Assembly (NCBI GenBank): GCA_026417195.1
Contig: JAOADS010000003.1
Coordinates: 1-38,515 of the forward strand
Reading direction: 5' to 3'
Source of the DNA: Ignavibacteria bacterium
GTDB lineage: Bacteria; Bacteroidota; Ignavibacteria; Tepidaquicellales; OLB5
Length of the DNA stretch: 38,515 nt
Positions 25,658 to 35,600 of this stretch are shown in pieces (position 1 is the first letter of the stretch; each line of letters starts with the position of its first letter). The position numbers and the translations under genes were made by a program. The notes under the pieces were generated by a model, which worked only from the letters and a program-made list of their open reading frames with translations, made no database searches and was not told where the DNA came from.

Positions 25658-26914
25658 ATGAAAAAGTTAATTTTCATTAATCTCGTTTTATTTATTGCTT
25701 CATCATCTGTAATTTCACAGACTGATAAAAACGGTGGTTCGTTGTATTCTATTTTCGGAATCGGAGACCTTAACTATACTTCTTCTGCACGAACTGAATC
25801 TATGGGGATATTAGGCATCTCCCTTTACGGTGATTACGTAAATACATTGAATCCTGCAACATGGACAAGAATACAAAGCACTCTATTCTCCACAAAGTTT
25901 AATCTTGAAAATATCCGTTCCGCTCAGGGAGACAGAAAAGCTGAAAGAACCTATGCAAACTTTGAAGGGTTCAATCTCTCCGTTCCGCTTAATAAAGGAA
26001 ATGGCTGGATATTAAGCTTAGGGATGAATTCATACAGCAACGTGAATTACGATACAAGATTCAGAGCTTCTTTAGAGGGAGAAAATTACACTCAAACCTA
26101 TAGTGGCAACGGAGGTCTTAACAGGCTTAACGTTGGTTTCTCATATATAATATTTCGTTATTTTTCATTCGGGGCACAGTTCAACTACGGATTCGGAAAT
26201 ATCAACAAATCACTTGATATTGATTTCGATAATGCTGCTCTATTTGACACAAGGAACATCTCCTCAAACACACTTTCCGGATTTTACTTCAACACAGGTA
26301 TTATATTTCATGGTTTCGGAAAAATCTTTAACTCAAAAAAGCTTGATAACCTTACTCTTGGACTTGTATTTTCATCACCGGCGAAACTTAATTCAAAGAT
26401 TACCTCAAGGTATAACCGTTCGGTTAACAATATAGACACAATAGAATCAGCAGAAGGAAAAATAGAAGTGCCCATGGGATTTGGAATTGGCATTTCTAAT
26501 ACATTTTCCGGAAAATTAACTGTAGCTGCAGATTTGTGGATACAGCAGTGGGATAAGTACCTTTATTACGGAAATCATCCTGAAGAAATTAAAGACAATT
26601 TCCGTGCGGGCATTGGTATTGAATATACTCCTTCATCAAGGTATGACGAAAGTTTCATTAAAAAAATTTCTTACAGGTTAGGAGCAACATACATCCAGGA
26701 CTACCTGAAAATCAAAGGAGAGAACATAAATCAAATATCTGTAAGCGCAGGTCTTTCTCTCCCTATCAGTAAATACAATTCACTTGATGTTTTCATTAAA
26801 TATGGCATTCGGGGAAAAAATGAAAATGGTTTAATTAAAGACAATGTTGTAAAATTCGGTGCTTCAGTTAAACTAGGGGAACTTTGGTTCCTTCAGCCAA
26901 AAGATGATTTTTGA
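25658..26914 (+). CDS. Outer-membrane beta-barrel protein, function unknown (possibly FadL/PorV-PorQ-like)
   Basis: 418 aa with signal peptide MKKLIFINLVLFIASSSVISQ. Many alternating-hydrophobic strands (LTLGLVFSS, FGIGISNTF, FRAGIGIEYTP, SYRLGATYIQ, VKFGASVKLG) and a C-terminal aromatic residue (...KDDF). The N-terminal SARTESMGILGISL...NPATW resembles the hatch motif of FadL/PorV-type barrels; this is from memory and unverified. Confidence 0.6.
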   Translation: MKKLIFINLVLFIASSSVISQTDKNGGSLYSIFGIGDLNYTSSARTESMGILGISLYGDYVNTLNPATWTRIQSTLFSTKFNLENIRSAQGDRKAERTYANFEGFNLSVPLNKGNGWILSLGMNSYSNVNYDTRFRASLEGENYTQTYSGNGGLNRLNVGFSYIIFRYFSFGAQFNYGFGNINKSLDIDFDNAALFDTRNISSNTLSGFYFNTGIIFHGFGKIFNSKKLDNLTLGLVFSSPAKLNSKITSRYNRSVNNIDTIESAEGKIEVPMGFGIGISNTFSGKLTVAADLWIQQWDKYLYYGNHPEEIKDNFRAGIGIEYTPSSRYDESFIKKISYRLGATYIQDYLKIKGENINQISVSAGLSLPISKYNSLDVFIKYGIRGKNENGLIKDNVVKFGASVKLGELWFLQPKDDF

Positions 26915-26935
26915 TAAAACAGCTTAATTAATCAT

Positions 26936-28237
26936 ATGACAGCTTTAGAAAATCTAGATCCTCAGATTTACAAAGCCCTTAAAAACGAACTACAGAGGCA
27001 GAATAATAAACTGGAACTCATTGCCTCGGAAAACTTTACCAGCATTGCTGTAATGGAGGCTATGGGTTCAGTTATGACAAATAAATATGCAGAAGGATAT
27101 CCGGGAAAAAGATATTACGGCGGATGTGAATACGTTGATATAGCTGAAAACCTTGCAAGGGACAGGGCTAAGGAATTATTTGGTGCTGAATATGTAAATG
27201 TTCAGCCTCACTCAGGCTCTCAGGCAAACATGGCAGTTTATTTTGTTTTGGTTAAACCCGGAGACAAAGTCATGGGAATGGATCTTTCTCACGGAGGACA
27301 TTTAACACACGGTTCACCGGTAAATTTCTCAGGCCAGCTGTATAACTTTGTGCAGTACGGAATAAACCCGGACACAGAACTTCTGGACTACGATGCAATA
27401 GAAGAAATAGCTGTCAGAGAAAAACCAAAAATGATAACAGTTGGTGCAAGTGCATATTCCAGAAACATTGATTACAGCAGATTCCGTGAAATTGCAGATA
27501 AGGTAAACGCATTCCTGCTTGCAGATATTGCACATCCAGCCGGACTCATAGCAGCTGGTTTACTGAACGATCCCCTGCCTCACTGTCACGTTGTTACAAC
27601 AACAACACATAAAACACTCAGGGGACCACGGGGCGGAATGATTATGATGGGAAAAGACTTTGAAAATCCATTTGGACATAAAGCACCTAAATCCGGAAGA
27701 ACGAAAATGATGAGCGAGCTGATTGATTCAATGGTTATACCCGGAATACAGGGAGGACCTCTTATGCATGTAATAGCAGCAAAGGCAGTAGCATTTAAAG
27801 AAGCCCTGGATGAGGATTTCAAAACCTATGCATCACAGGTAATAAAAAATGCTCAGGTATTAGCATCCGGATTAACCAAACACGGATTCAAAGTAATATC
27901 AGGCGGTACAGATAATCACCTGATGCTCGTTGATCTCAGAAATAAAAACATAACAGGCAAAAAAGCTCAGGAGTTACTTGATGAAGTAGGAATAACCTGC
28001 AACAAAAATGCAGTGCCATTCGATGATAAAAGTCCGTTGATAACAAGTGGAATAAGATTAGGTACTCCAGCTCTCACAACAAGGGGAATGAAGGAAAAAG
28101 AAATGGAAACTGTGGCAGATATGATAAACGAAATTATATCTGCCCCGGAAGATGAAGAAGTAAAAGAAAAAGTAAGAAAGAAAATAGAAGACATTACATC
28201 AGAATATCCCTTATATCCTGAACTTTTTACGTGGTGA
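26936..28237 (+). CDS. glyA: Serine hydroxymethyltransferase
   Basis: 433 aa with [23 protein letters not shown], and the PLP-Lys motif [16 protein letters not shown]. Confidence 0.95.
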   Translation: MTALENLDPQIYKALKNELQRQNNKLELIASENFTSIAVMEAMGSVMTNKYAEGYPGKRYYGGCEYVDIAENLARDRAKELFGAEYVNVQPHSGSQANMAVYFVLVKPGDKVMGMDLSHGGHLTHGSPVNFSGQLYNFVQYGINPDTELLDYDAIEEIAVREKPKMITVGASAYSRNIDYSRFREIADKVNAFLLADIAHPAGLIAAGLLNDPLPHCHVVTTTTHKTLRGPRGGMIMMGKDFENPFGHKAPKSGRTKMMSELIDSMVIPGIQGGPLMHVIAAKAVAFKEALDEDFKTYASQVIKNAQVLASGLTKHGFKVISGGTDNHLMLVDLRNKNITGKKAQELLDEVGITCNKNAVPFDDKSPLITSGIRLGTPALTTRGMKEKEMETVADMINEIISAPEDEEVKEKVRKKIEDITSEYPLYPELFTW

Positions 28238-28243
28238 TTAACC

Positions 28244-28993
28244 ATGCCTGAAGAAAAAACTGATTCTCAGGAACTCGGCGAAATGAGTTTTCTTGACCAT
28301 CTGGAAGAGTTCAGATGGCGCCTGATAAAATCATTAATCGGAATTGTTATAGGAGCTATCATAGCCGGAATATTCATAGATTACATAATGAACGACTTTT
28401 TACTGGCACCTGCAAGAAAAACCCAGCCTCCTCTGGAGTTAATCAATCTGAAACCATATGGGCAGCTTGTTTTATACATGGAAGTAATACTTGTCTGCGG
28501 AGTAATAATCAGCATCCCTAATATATTCTATCAGTTATGGAGGTTTATAGAACCCGGACTATTGCCCCATGAAAGAAGATATATTTCATCAATAGTTGTT
28601 TTTTCATCATTCTGTTTCCTGGGAGGAATAGCTTTTGCATATTTCATTATGCTTCCTACTGCTCTTAAATTCTTCGCAGCATTCGGAACACAGGAAATTG
28701 TAAACAACATAGCAGTAAATGAGTATTTCAGCTTTGTAATTTCTGTCATGCTGACAGCCGGCATTGTTTTCGAACTTCCTATGGTCTCATTTTTTCTCTC
28801 CAAACTCGGGATACTTACGCCAGTCTTTATGAAGAAATACAGAAAACATGCCATAGTCCTGATATTGCTGCTTGCCGGTTTATTAACACCAAGTCCGGAT
28901 ATTACCAGTCAGCTTTTATTGGGGGTACCGCTTCTGATATTATATGAAATAAGTATATTAATTTCAAAATCCTCACAGCCTAAAAGAGATTAA
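28244..28993 (+). CDS. tatC: Twin-arginine translocase subunit TatC
   Basis: 249 aa with MSFLDHLEEFRWRLIKSL, six predicted TM segments, and WRFIEPGLLPHERR. Confidence 0.9.
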   Translation: MPEEKTDSQELGEMSFLDHLEEFRWRLIKSLIGIVIGAIIAGIFIDYIMNDFLLAPARKTQPPLELINLKPYGQLVLYMEVILVCGVIISIPNIFYQLWRFIEPGLLPHERRYISSIVVFSSFCFLGGIAFAYFIMLPTALKFFAAFGTQEIVNNIAVNEYFSFVISVMLTAGIVFELPMVSFFLSKLGILTPVFMKKYRKHAIVLILLLAGLLTPSPDITSQLLLGVPLLILYEISILISKSSQPKRD

Positions 28994-28995
28994 CC

Positions 28996-29973
28996 TTGGA
29001 TAACGAACTCAGGAGAATATCAAAACCCATTGAAAAAGAACTCTCAGAATTCAGGGAACACTTCACACTTGCAATTAAATCAAAGGTTGCACTGGTAGAT
29101 CTAATCGGGAAATACATACTAAGACAGAAAGGAAAAAAAATAAGACCTATACTTGTTCTGTTGTCAGCAAAACTATGCGGAGAAATTAATCCCAGAACCT
29201 ATGTTGCAGCAACGCTTGTAGAACTGCTTCACACCGCAACGCTTATACATGATGATGTTGTGGACGATGCAAAGACAAGACGGGGACTTGCTTCAATAAA
29301 TGCAGTATGGAAAAACAAGATTGCAGTTCTTATGGGAGATTTTCTTCTCTCAAGGGGATTACTCATAGCACTTGAGAACGACGAATGCGGTTTCCTGAAA
29401 ATAACTTCACGGGCGGTAAAGAGAATGAGTGAAGGGGAGTTGCTGCAGATACAGAAAAGCAGGAAGTTTGACGTGAGTGAAGAGGTTTACTTTAAAATCA
29501 TTTCTGATAAAACTGCCTCTCTTATTTCAACCTGTTGTGAGCTCGGTGCAGCCAGTTCATCTTCTGCCTCACGGGAAGTTACACTTCTCAGGGAATATGG
29601 TGAAAATCTGGGTATAGCATTCCAGCTGAGGGACGATATACTTGATTACGTTGGCAAAAAGAAAATAATGGGAAAGGCTTCAGGTTCAGACCTTAAGGAA
29701 AAGAAGTTCACTCTACCTCTTATTCATGCTATCAGTAATTCATCAAAGAAAGAATCACGTGAAATAATCAGCCTTCTTAAAAACGGCTCAGATAAGAAAT
29801 CAAAGACAATAGTCTATGACTTCATAAAAGCCCACAGAGGAATTGAATATTCAATCGAGAAAACCGTTCAATACTGTAATAAGGCAAAAAGCAAGATAGC
29901 AGCTTTCAACGATTCAGATATTAAATTAACCCTTATGCAGTTTACAGACTTCATTGCAGAAAGAGTTAACTGA
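28996..29973 (+). CDS. Long-chain polyprenyl diphosphate synthase (IspB/HepT-like; chain length not determinable)
   Basis: 325 aa with TTG start. First DDxxD LIHDDVVDD (preceded by ATLVELLHTATLIHDD) and second FQLRDDILDY. Confidence 0.85.
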   Translation: MDNELRRISKPIEKELSEFREHFTLAIKSKVALVDLIGKYILRQKGKKIRPILVLLSAKLCGEINPRTYVAATLVELLHTATLIHDDVVDDAKTRRGLASINAVWKNKIAVLMGDFLLSRGLLIALENDECGFLKITSRAVKRMSEGELLQIQKSRKFDVSEEVYFKIISDKTASLISTCCELGAASSSSASREVTLLREYGENLGIAFQLRDDILDYVGKKKIMGKASGSDLKEKKFTLPLIHAISNSSKKESREIISLLKNGSDKKSKTIVYDFIKAHRGIEYSIEKTVQYCNKAKSKIAAFNDSDIKLTLMQFTDFIAERVN

Positions 29974-29984
29974 CTCATTTCCCC

Positions 29985-31361
29985 ATGGCACAACCCGTAG
30001 TTGCTATCATCGGAAGACCTAATGTGGGTAAATCATCACTGTTTAACAGGCTCACAGGAACAAAAAAAGCTATAGTCCATAGCACTTCCGGCGTAACAAG
30101 AGACAGAAATTACGGTGAGGTTACATGGAACGGGAAAAGATTTTTCCTGATCGATACTGGAGGATACATTCCTCACAGCAAAGATCTTTTCGAATCTGCG
30201 ATCCGCGAACAGGTAACCATATCCATCGAAGAAGCTGATATTATCCTTTTTGTTGTTGACGCTAAAACCGGTCCGGTTCCTCTTGATGAAGAGATAGCAT
30301 ATGTTCTCCGAAACCGTAAAAACCATGAAAATAAAAAAATCCTGCTGGTAGTAAATAAAACGGACAGAAAGGAAGATGAAGAATCACTTAATGCATTTTA
30401 TAAATTAGGTTTCGGAGAACCTCTGCAGGTTTCAGCGCTCACCGGAAGAAATTCAGGAGACCTGCTGGACGTAATAACTAATGAAATAAAATACACCCCC
30501 TCTGATAAAAAGCAAAAGGAAACTATCAGGATATCAATCATAGGCAGACCAAATGTCGGAAAATCTTCAATCAATAACATTCTCATGAATGAAGTAAAAA
30601 GTATAGTAACCGATGTACCCGGCACAACCAGAGATTCAATTGACAGCCGCATAAGATATCAGGGCAGGGAAATTACACTGATTGATACAGCGGGATTAAG
30701 AAAAAAAAGTAAAATCAGACAGACAGAATCACTTGAATACTATTCGGTCATCAGGACTTACAGGAGTATTGAAAGATGTGATGTTGCAGTTCTTGTTATA
30801 GATGCAACAACCATAATGAGCAAACTTTCCAGATTCCGAGATCCGTCACTTGCTTCTTTTAAATTAAGCAGGGAGGATACGGAAATAATAAACACGGCAG
30901 CTGAGATGAAGAAAGGATTACTTGTTGTAGTTAACAAATGGGACCTGATTGAAAAAAAATCCAACACTGCAAAGATCTTTGAAATGAAAGTGAAGGAACA
31001 TCTTAAAACATATTCCTGGCTTCCGTTTCTGTTTACCTCTGCAATGAAAAAACAAAGGATATTTAAAATACTTGATATGTGTTTAGCTGTTTACTCAGAA
31101 AGAAGTAAAAAAATAAAAACCAGTGACCTTAATTCCAGACTTCTTAAGCTTATAAATAAATTTCCTCCCCGCTCAGAAAAACACAGGGAAATTAAAATTA
31201 ATTATATAACCCAGCTTCAGAGTTCTCCTCCTGTAATAGTGTTCTACTGTAACCTGCCATCTGAAATACAGCCTAACTACAGGAAATTTCTTGAGAATAA
31301 AATAAGGGAAAACTTCGGCTTTACCGGCGTTCCTCTAACCCTGGTATTCAGAAAGAAATAG
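29985..31361 (+). CDS. der: Ribosome-biogenesis GTPase Der (EngA)
   Basis: 458 aa with tandem GTPase domains: GRPNVGKSS / DTGG / NKTD and GRPNVGKSS / DTAG / NKWD. C-terminal KH-like domain. Confidence 0.95.
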   Translation: MAQPVVAIIGRPNVGKSSLFNRLTGTKKAIVHSTSGVTRDRNYGEVTWNGKRFFLIDTGGYIPHSKDLFESAIREQVTISIEEADIILFVVDAKTGPVPLDEEIAYVLRNRKNHENKKILLVVNKTDRKEDEESLNAFYKLGFGEPLQVSALTGRNSGDLLDVITNEIKYTPSDKKQKETIRISIIGRPNVGKSSINNILMNEVKSIVTDVPGTTRDSIDSRIRYQGREITLIDTAGLRKKSKIRQTESLEYYSVIRTYRSIERCDVAVLVIDATTIMSKLSRFRDPSLASFKLSREDTEIINTAAEMKKGLLVVVNKWDLIEKKSNTAKIFEMKVKEHLKTYSWLPFLFTSAMKKQRIFKILDMCLAVYSERSKKIKTSDLNSRLLKLINKFPPRSEKHREIKINYITQLQSSPPVIVFYCNLPSEIQPNYRKFLENKIRENFGFTGVPLTLVFRKK

Positions 31362-31362
31362 T

Positions 31363-31821
31363 TCAGTTGATTATGATTTCCCCTTGAATTTCATCTTCAC
31401 TACTGCCTCTTTGAGGAAATTCCTTCTCTAGTAATTTTTGCGCTTTACGAATAAGGGTAAGTATTCCTTCTGCAAATTTTCCCTGTCTGAATGATTCCTG
31501 AAGTTCCGATTCAAGTTCATTCCAGAATTCATCAGGAATTTTTCTATAAATTCCTTCATCAGCTATTATATCAAAATACTTCTCACTGAAAAGTACGTAA
31601 AACAATATTCCCGTTCTGTATTTTGTATTGCTGACCCCAAGTCTTCTGAAATCCTTTAAGGCGAGTTCGTGCCTGTCATAAAGTTTTTCCCATAGCGTAA
31701 GTCTCTCATGAAAGCTTAAGACTATCTCTCCGCAGGTTTTCCTCTCCAGTTCATCAAGTGCTTCCTGAATTTTCTGAAGATCCTCCTCACTGAAATATTT
31801 ATAAATCCAACTTTCTTTCAT
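31363..31821 (-). CDS. TPM-domain protein (cytoplasmic type)
   Basis: The track ORF is 31363..31941, but its first 40 codons overlap the upstream gene in another frame. The ATG at 31819-31821 (MKESWIYKYFSEEDLQKI...) lies 13 nt after the upstream stop. TPM-like features: TCGEIVLSF, TGILFYVLFSEKYFDIIADEGI, GKFAEGILTLI. Confidence 0.7.
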   Translation of the reverse strand: MKESWIYKYFSEEDLQKIQEALDELERKTCGEIVLSFHERLTLWEKLYDRHELALKDFRRLGVSNTKYRTGILFYVLFSEKYFDIIADEGIYRKIPDEFWNELESELQESFRQGKFAEGILTLIRKAQKLLEKEFPQRGSSEDEIQGEIIIN

Positions 31822-31834
31822 ATCTGAACCAGAT

Positions 31835-32599
31835 TTACCAGCTGCCACTTGCACCTCCTCCCCCGAATGATCCGCCACCGCCGGAAAAACCTCCGCTGAA
31901 GAATCCTCCGGAATTGCTGCCTGAAGACCATGAACTTCCACCGGTATACCACCAGTTCGTATTTCCTCCTCTTACCCAGCCAAGTGATCTTGATACAGTT
32001 GAAATGACAAAAATCAGGAAAAATATAACTATGAATATAAAAACAGGAAAGGGCATACAGCAAATCATAAAACTGTCTGAAGATTCATCATAGGTTTTCT
32101 CCTGAGTATATTCACCTCTTGTAGCTTTTATTATTGCATCAACACCAGCATTTATACCTTCATAAAAATTACCTTTCTTAAACTCCGGCGTAATTTCTTT
32201 CCTTATTATCTGATTACACAGTGCATCAGGCAAAGCTCCTTCAAGACCATAACCCACTTCAATCCTCAGCTTCCTGTCGTTCTTAGCTATGTAAATCAAC
32301 ACTCCGTTATTTTTACCCCTCTGCCCTATTCCGTTTTTCTCAGCTATTTCAAAAGACCTCTCTTCAAGCAATGCTGAACCAAGAGAAGATTCCATCCAGA
32401 CCACAACCTGATTTGATGTTTCCTTCTCAAAGTCTGACAGTTTTTTTTCTAGTAAACCGATCTCCTCAGGCTTCAGAGTACCGGTTTTATCTGTAACATA
32501 AGTTCTTATCTTTATGTCGTCCTGAATCTTCTGATTGGATTCCGCAAAAATACATCCTGAGAAAATAATCAGTAAAACTATGGGATTCAGATTTGCCAA
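31835..32599 (-). CDS. TPM-domain protein, YgcG-like (signal peptide, TPM domain, TM segment, Gly-rich tail)
   Basis: 254 aa with TTG start. VTDKTGTLKPEEIGLLEKKL..NQVVVWMESSL...NNGVLIYIAKNDRKLRIEVGYGLEGALPD is a typical TPM domain. A TM segment follows (MPFPVFIFIVIFFLIFVI), then the tail GGFFSGGFSGGGGSFGGGGASGSW. Confidence 0.8.
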   Translation of the reverse strand: MANLNPIVLLIIFSGCIFAESNQKIQDDIKIRTYVTDKTGTLKPEEIGLLEKKLSDFEKETSNQVVVWMESSLGSALLEERSFEIAEKNGIGQRGKNNGVLIYIAKNDRKLRIEVGYGLEGALPDALCNQIIRKEITPEFKKGNFYEGINAGVDAIIKATRGEYTQEKTYDESSDSFMICCMPFPVFIFIVIFFLIFVISTVSRSLGWVRGGNTNWWYTGGSSWSSGSNSGGFFSGGFSGGGGSFGGGGASGSW

Positions 32600-32657
32600 G
32601 TCAGATTAAATAAATTTTCTATGTAGAATTCAGATAAACATTACCAGACGGTAGGCA

Positions 32658-35600
32658 CTACAGATATTCATCTACACTTCTTATTTCCAACTGATCTTTT
32701 GAATATTTATATAGTGAATTAACAAAAAGGACAGCTATTTTAATGTTATTTATCAGTGGAATATTGTAGTCAATAGCCTTTCGTCTGATGATAAAACCAT
32801 CCCTTTCGGATTTGTGCGGATGTTTGAGAGACTGGGTGTTGATGACAAGATCAAACTCTTTTCTCTCAAGCATATTCAGAATGTTAGGTGATTTCTTTTC
32901 GTTGATCTTGTAGACGTGTTTTGCCCTTATGCCGTTATCCCTTAAAACTTTGTGAGTGTTCGTGGTAGCAAAAATCCTGTAACCCATCTCCTGAAGTTTT
33001 CTGGCACTTTCAAGAAATTCTATTTTATCCTCTATATCACCAAGGGTAAGCAGAAGATTTTTTCTGGGCAGTCTGAAACCGGTGGAAAGCAGTGATTTCA
33101 GAAATGCTTCTTCAAGATCATTACCGAAGCAGGCAACCTCTCCTGTTGATGCCATTTCAACTCCAAGTATCGGATCGGCTCCGCTTAAACGTGAAAACGA
33201 AAATTGGGGAGCCTTTACTACTATGTGATCAAGATCAAGGGTTTTATAGTCTCCCTTTATGTCCATTCCGAGTATTGCCTTAACAGCAAACTCTATGAAG
33301 TTATAACCTGTGGCTTTTGAGACAAACGGAAACGAGCGGCTGGCTCTCAGATTACACTCAATCACTTTAACCCTGTTATCCTTGGCAAGGAACTGAATGT
33401 TAAATGGTCCGGTAATTTTAAGTTCTCTCACAATTGCCTTTGTGATTTTCTTTATCTGATGAACTGTTTCAAAGTAAAGTTTCTGCGGAGGTATAACAAG
33501 CGTTGCATCTCCTGAATGAACACCTGCATTTTCAACATGTTCACTTATTGCGTAAATAACAAGTTCTCCGTTCTGGGCAACTCCGTCTATTTCTATTTCC
33601 TTTGCTCCTTCTTCAAACTTGGAGATCACTACAGGATATTCCTCTGAAATATGTGCGTTATTCTTTATATAATCTTCAAGGCTTTTTTCATCATGACATA
33701 CTTTCATTGCAGTACCCGATAAAACATATGAGGGACGGATCAAAACAGGATACCCTATCTGACGGGCAAATTTCTTCGCCCGTTTGATATCAGACAACTC
33801 CTGCCACTCAGGCTGATCAATTTCAAGTTTATCAAGTATAGTAGAGAATTTATTTCTGTCCTCGCATTTGTCAATTGAATGCGGTGAAGTTCCAAGTATC
33901 CATACATTACTCTGATGAAGCTTCAACGCCAGATTATTGGGGATCTGCCCGCCCATTGAAATTATTACACCAAGCGGTTTTTCAAATTCATAGATATCCA
34001 GAACTCTCTCAAGGCTTAACTCCTCAAAATAAAGCTTGTCACATATATCATAATCTGTGCTTACTGTTTCAGGATTGTAGTTAACCATAATTACCTTATA
34101 ACCTAGTTTACGGAGATATTTCGCAGTCGTAACACAGCACCAGTCAAACTCAACGGATGATCCTATTTTATATGGTCCGGAGCCTAATATCATGATTTTC
34201 TTTTCATCCCTTGAAGGTGTTTCCTGAATATCTGAAAATTCTCCGTGATAGGTTGAGTAAAGGTAATTTGTTTCAGCCGGATATTCCGCTGCAAGGGTAT
34301 CAATTTGCTTAAAGACAGGTAAAACTCCAAGCTCTTTTCTTTTTTTCCTTATTTCGTCTTCATCTGTTCCAACAAGTATTCCGATCTGCTTGTCCGAATA
34401 TCCAAGTTGCTTTGCCTTTTTAAGAAATTCATAACTTAGGCTGTTTATATCAACCTTTTCTTTCCTGAATCCGTCTATCAAAGCTATCTGATATAAAAAC
34501 CACCTGTCAATCTTTGACATCCGGTATATCTCATCAACCTCATATCCTTTCCTTAATGCACGGGAAATTGCAAAAAGTCTTCTCGGAGAAGGTGTTACAA
34601 TATCCTCATCTATTGTTTCAGTTCTGGATTTATTTAATACGAGTCCGAACTTACCTACCTGAAGCATTCTTATAGCTTTCTGAAGAACTTCAGGAAAACT
34701 TCTGCCTATCGCCATAACCTCGCCGACTGATTTCATTTTGCTACCTATCTGTTCATCTGCACCGGGAAATTTCTGCAGGTCCCATCTCGGTATTTTCAGA
34801 GCTACATAATCAAGAGCCGGTTCAAAACAACTGTAGGTTCTTTTAGTAATTGAGTTCTGTAACTCTGTTAGTTTGTAACCTAGGGCAAGCTTCGCTGCAA
34901 TATATGCAAGCGGATATCCTGTAACCTTCGATGCTAATGCAGATGAACGGGAAAGCCTTGCATTGACTTCAATGACACGGTAATCAAATTCACCATCATC
35001 AGTAAGCGATCTGGGATTCAGTGCAAACTGTATGTTGCACTCACCAAGAATTCTGAAATGCCTGATAGTCTTGATTGCAATATCCCTTAGAGTATGATAC
35101 TCCATATTTGAGAGAGTCTGGGACGGTGATATTACTATACTTTCACCGGTATGAACTCCAAGGGGATCAAAGTTTTCCATATTACATACAGTGATGCAAT
35201 TATCAGCCTCGTCTCTGACAACTTCATATTCTATTTCCTTCCAGCCCCGCAGATCTTCTTCAATCAAGACCTGTGGTGAGTATGAAAAGGCTTCCTTTAA
35301 CGCTTTCTTTAATTCCTTTTCATTACCTGCAAAACCAGATCCAAGTCCGCCAAGAGTAAATCCAGCCCGTAAAATAACCGGATATCCGACCTCTCTTGCA
35401 GCCTTTACTCCGGCATCTATTGATTTTACCGCTATACTTTTCGGAGTTCTTACTTTTATCTTATTAAGTTCCTTTACAAAGAGTTCCCTGTCTTCAGTCT
35501 TATTTATTGAATCTATCGGCGTTCCAAGAACCGTGACGGAATATTTTTTCAATACCCCGCTTTTGGCTAACTCAAGTCCGCAGTTAAGTGCTGTCTGCCC

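Noticed and set aside
31818-32063. 81-aa ORF, and the 40-codon N-terminal extension of ORF 31363..31941, overlapping the end of the YgcG-like gene.
   Set aside because: Both are alternative-frame readings of the GC-rich Gly-codon tail (giving R/W/F-rich nonsense). An ATG at 31821, 13 nt after the upstream stop, gives a normal TPM-protein N-terminus.
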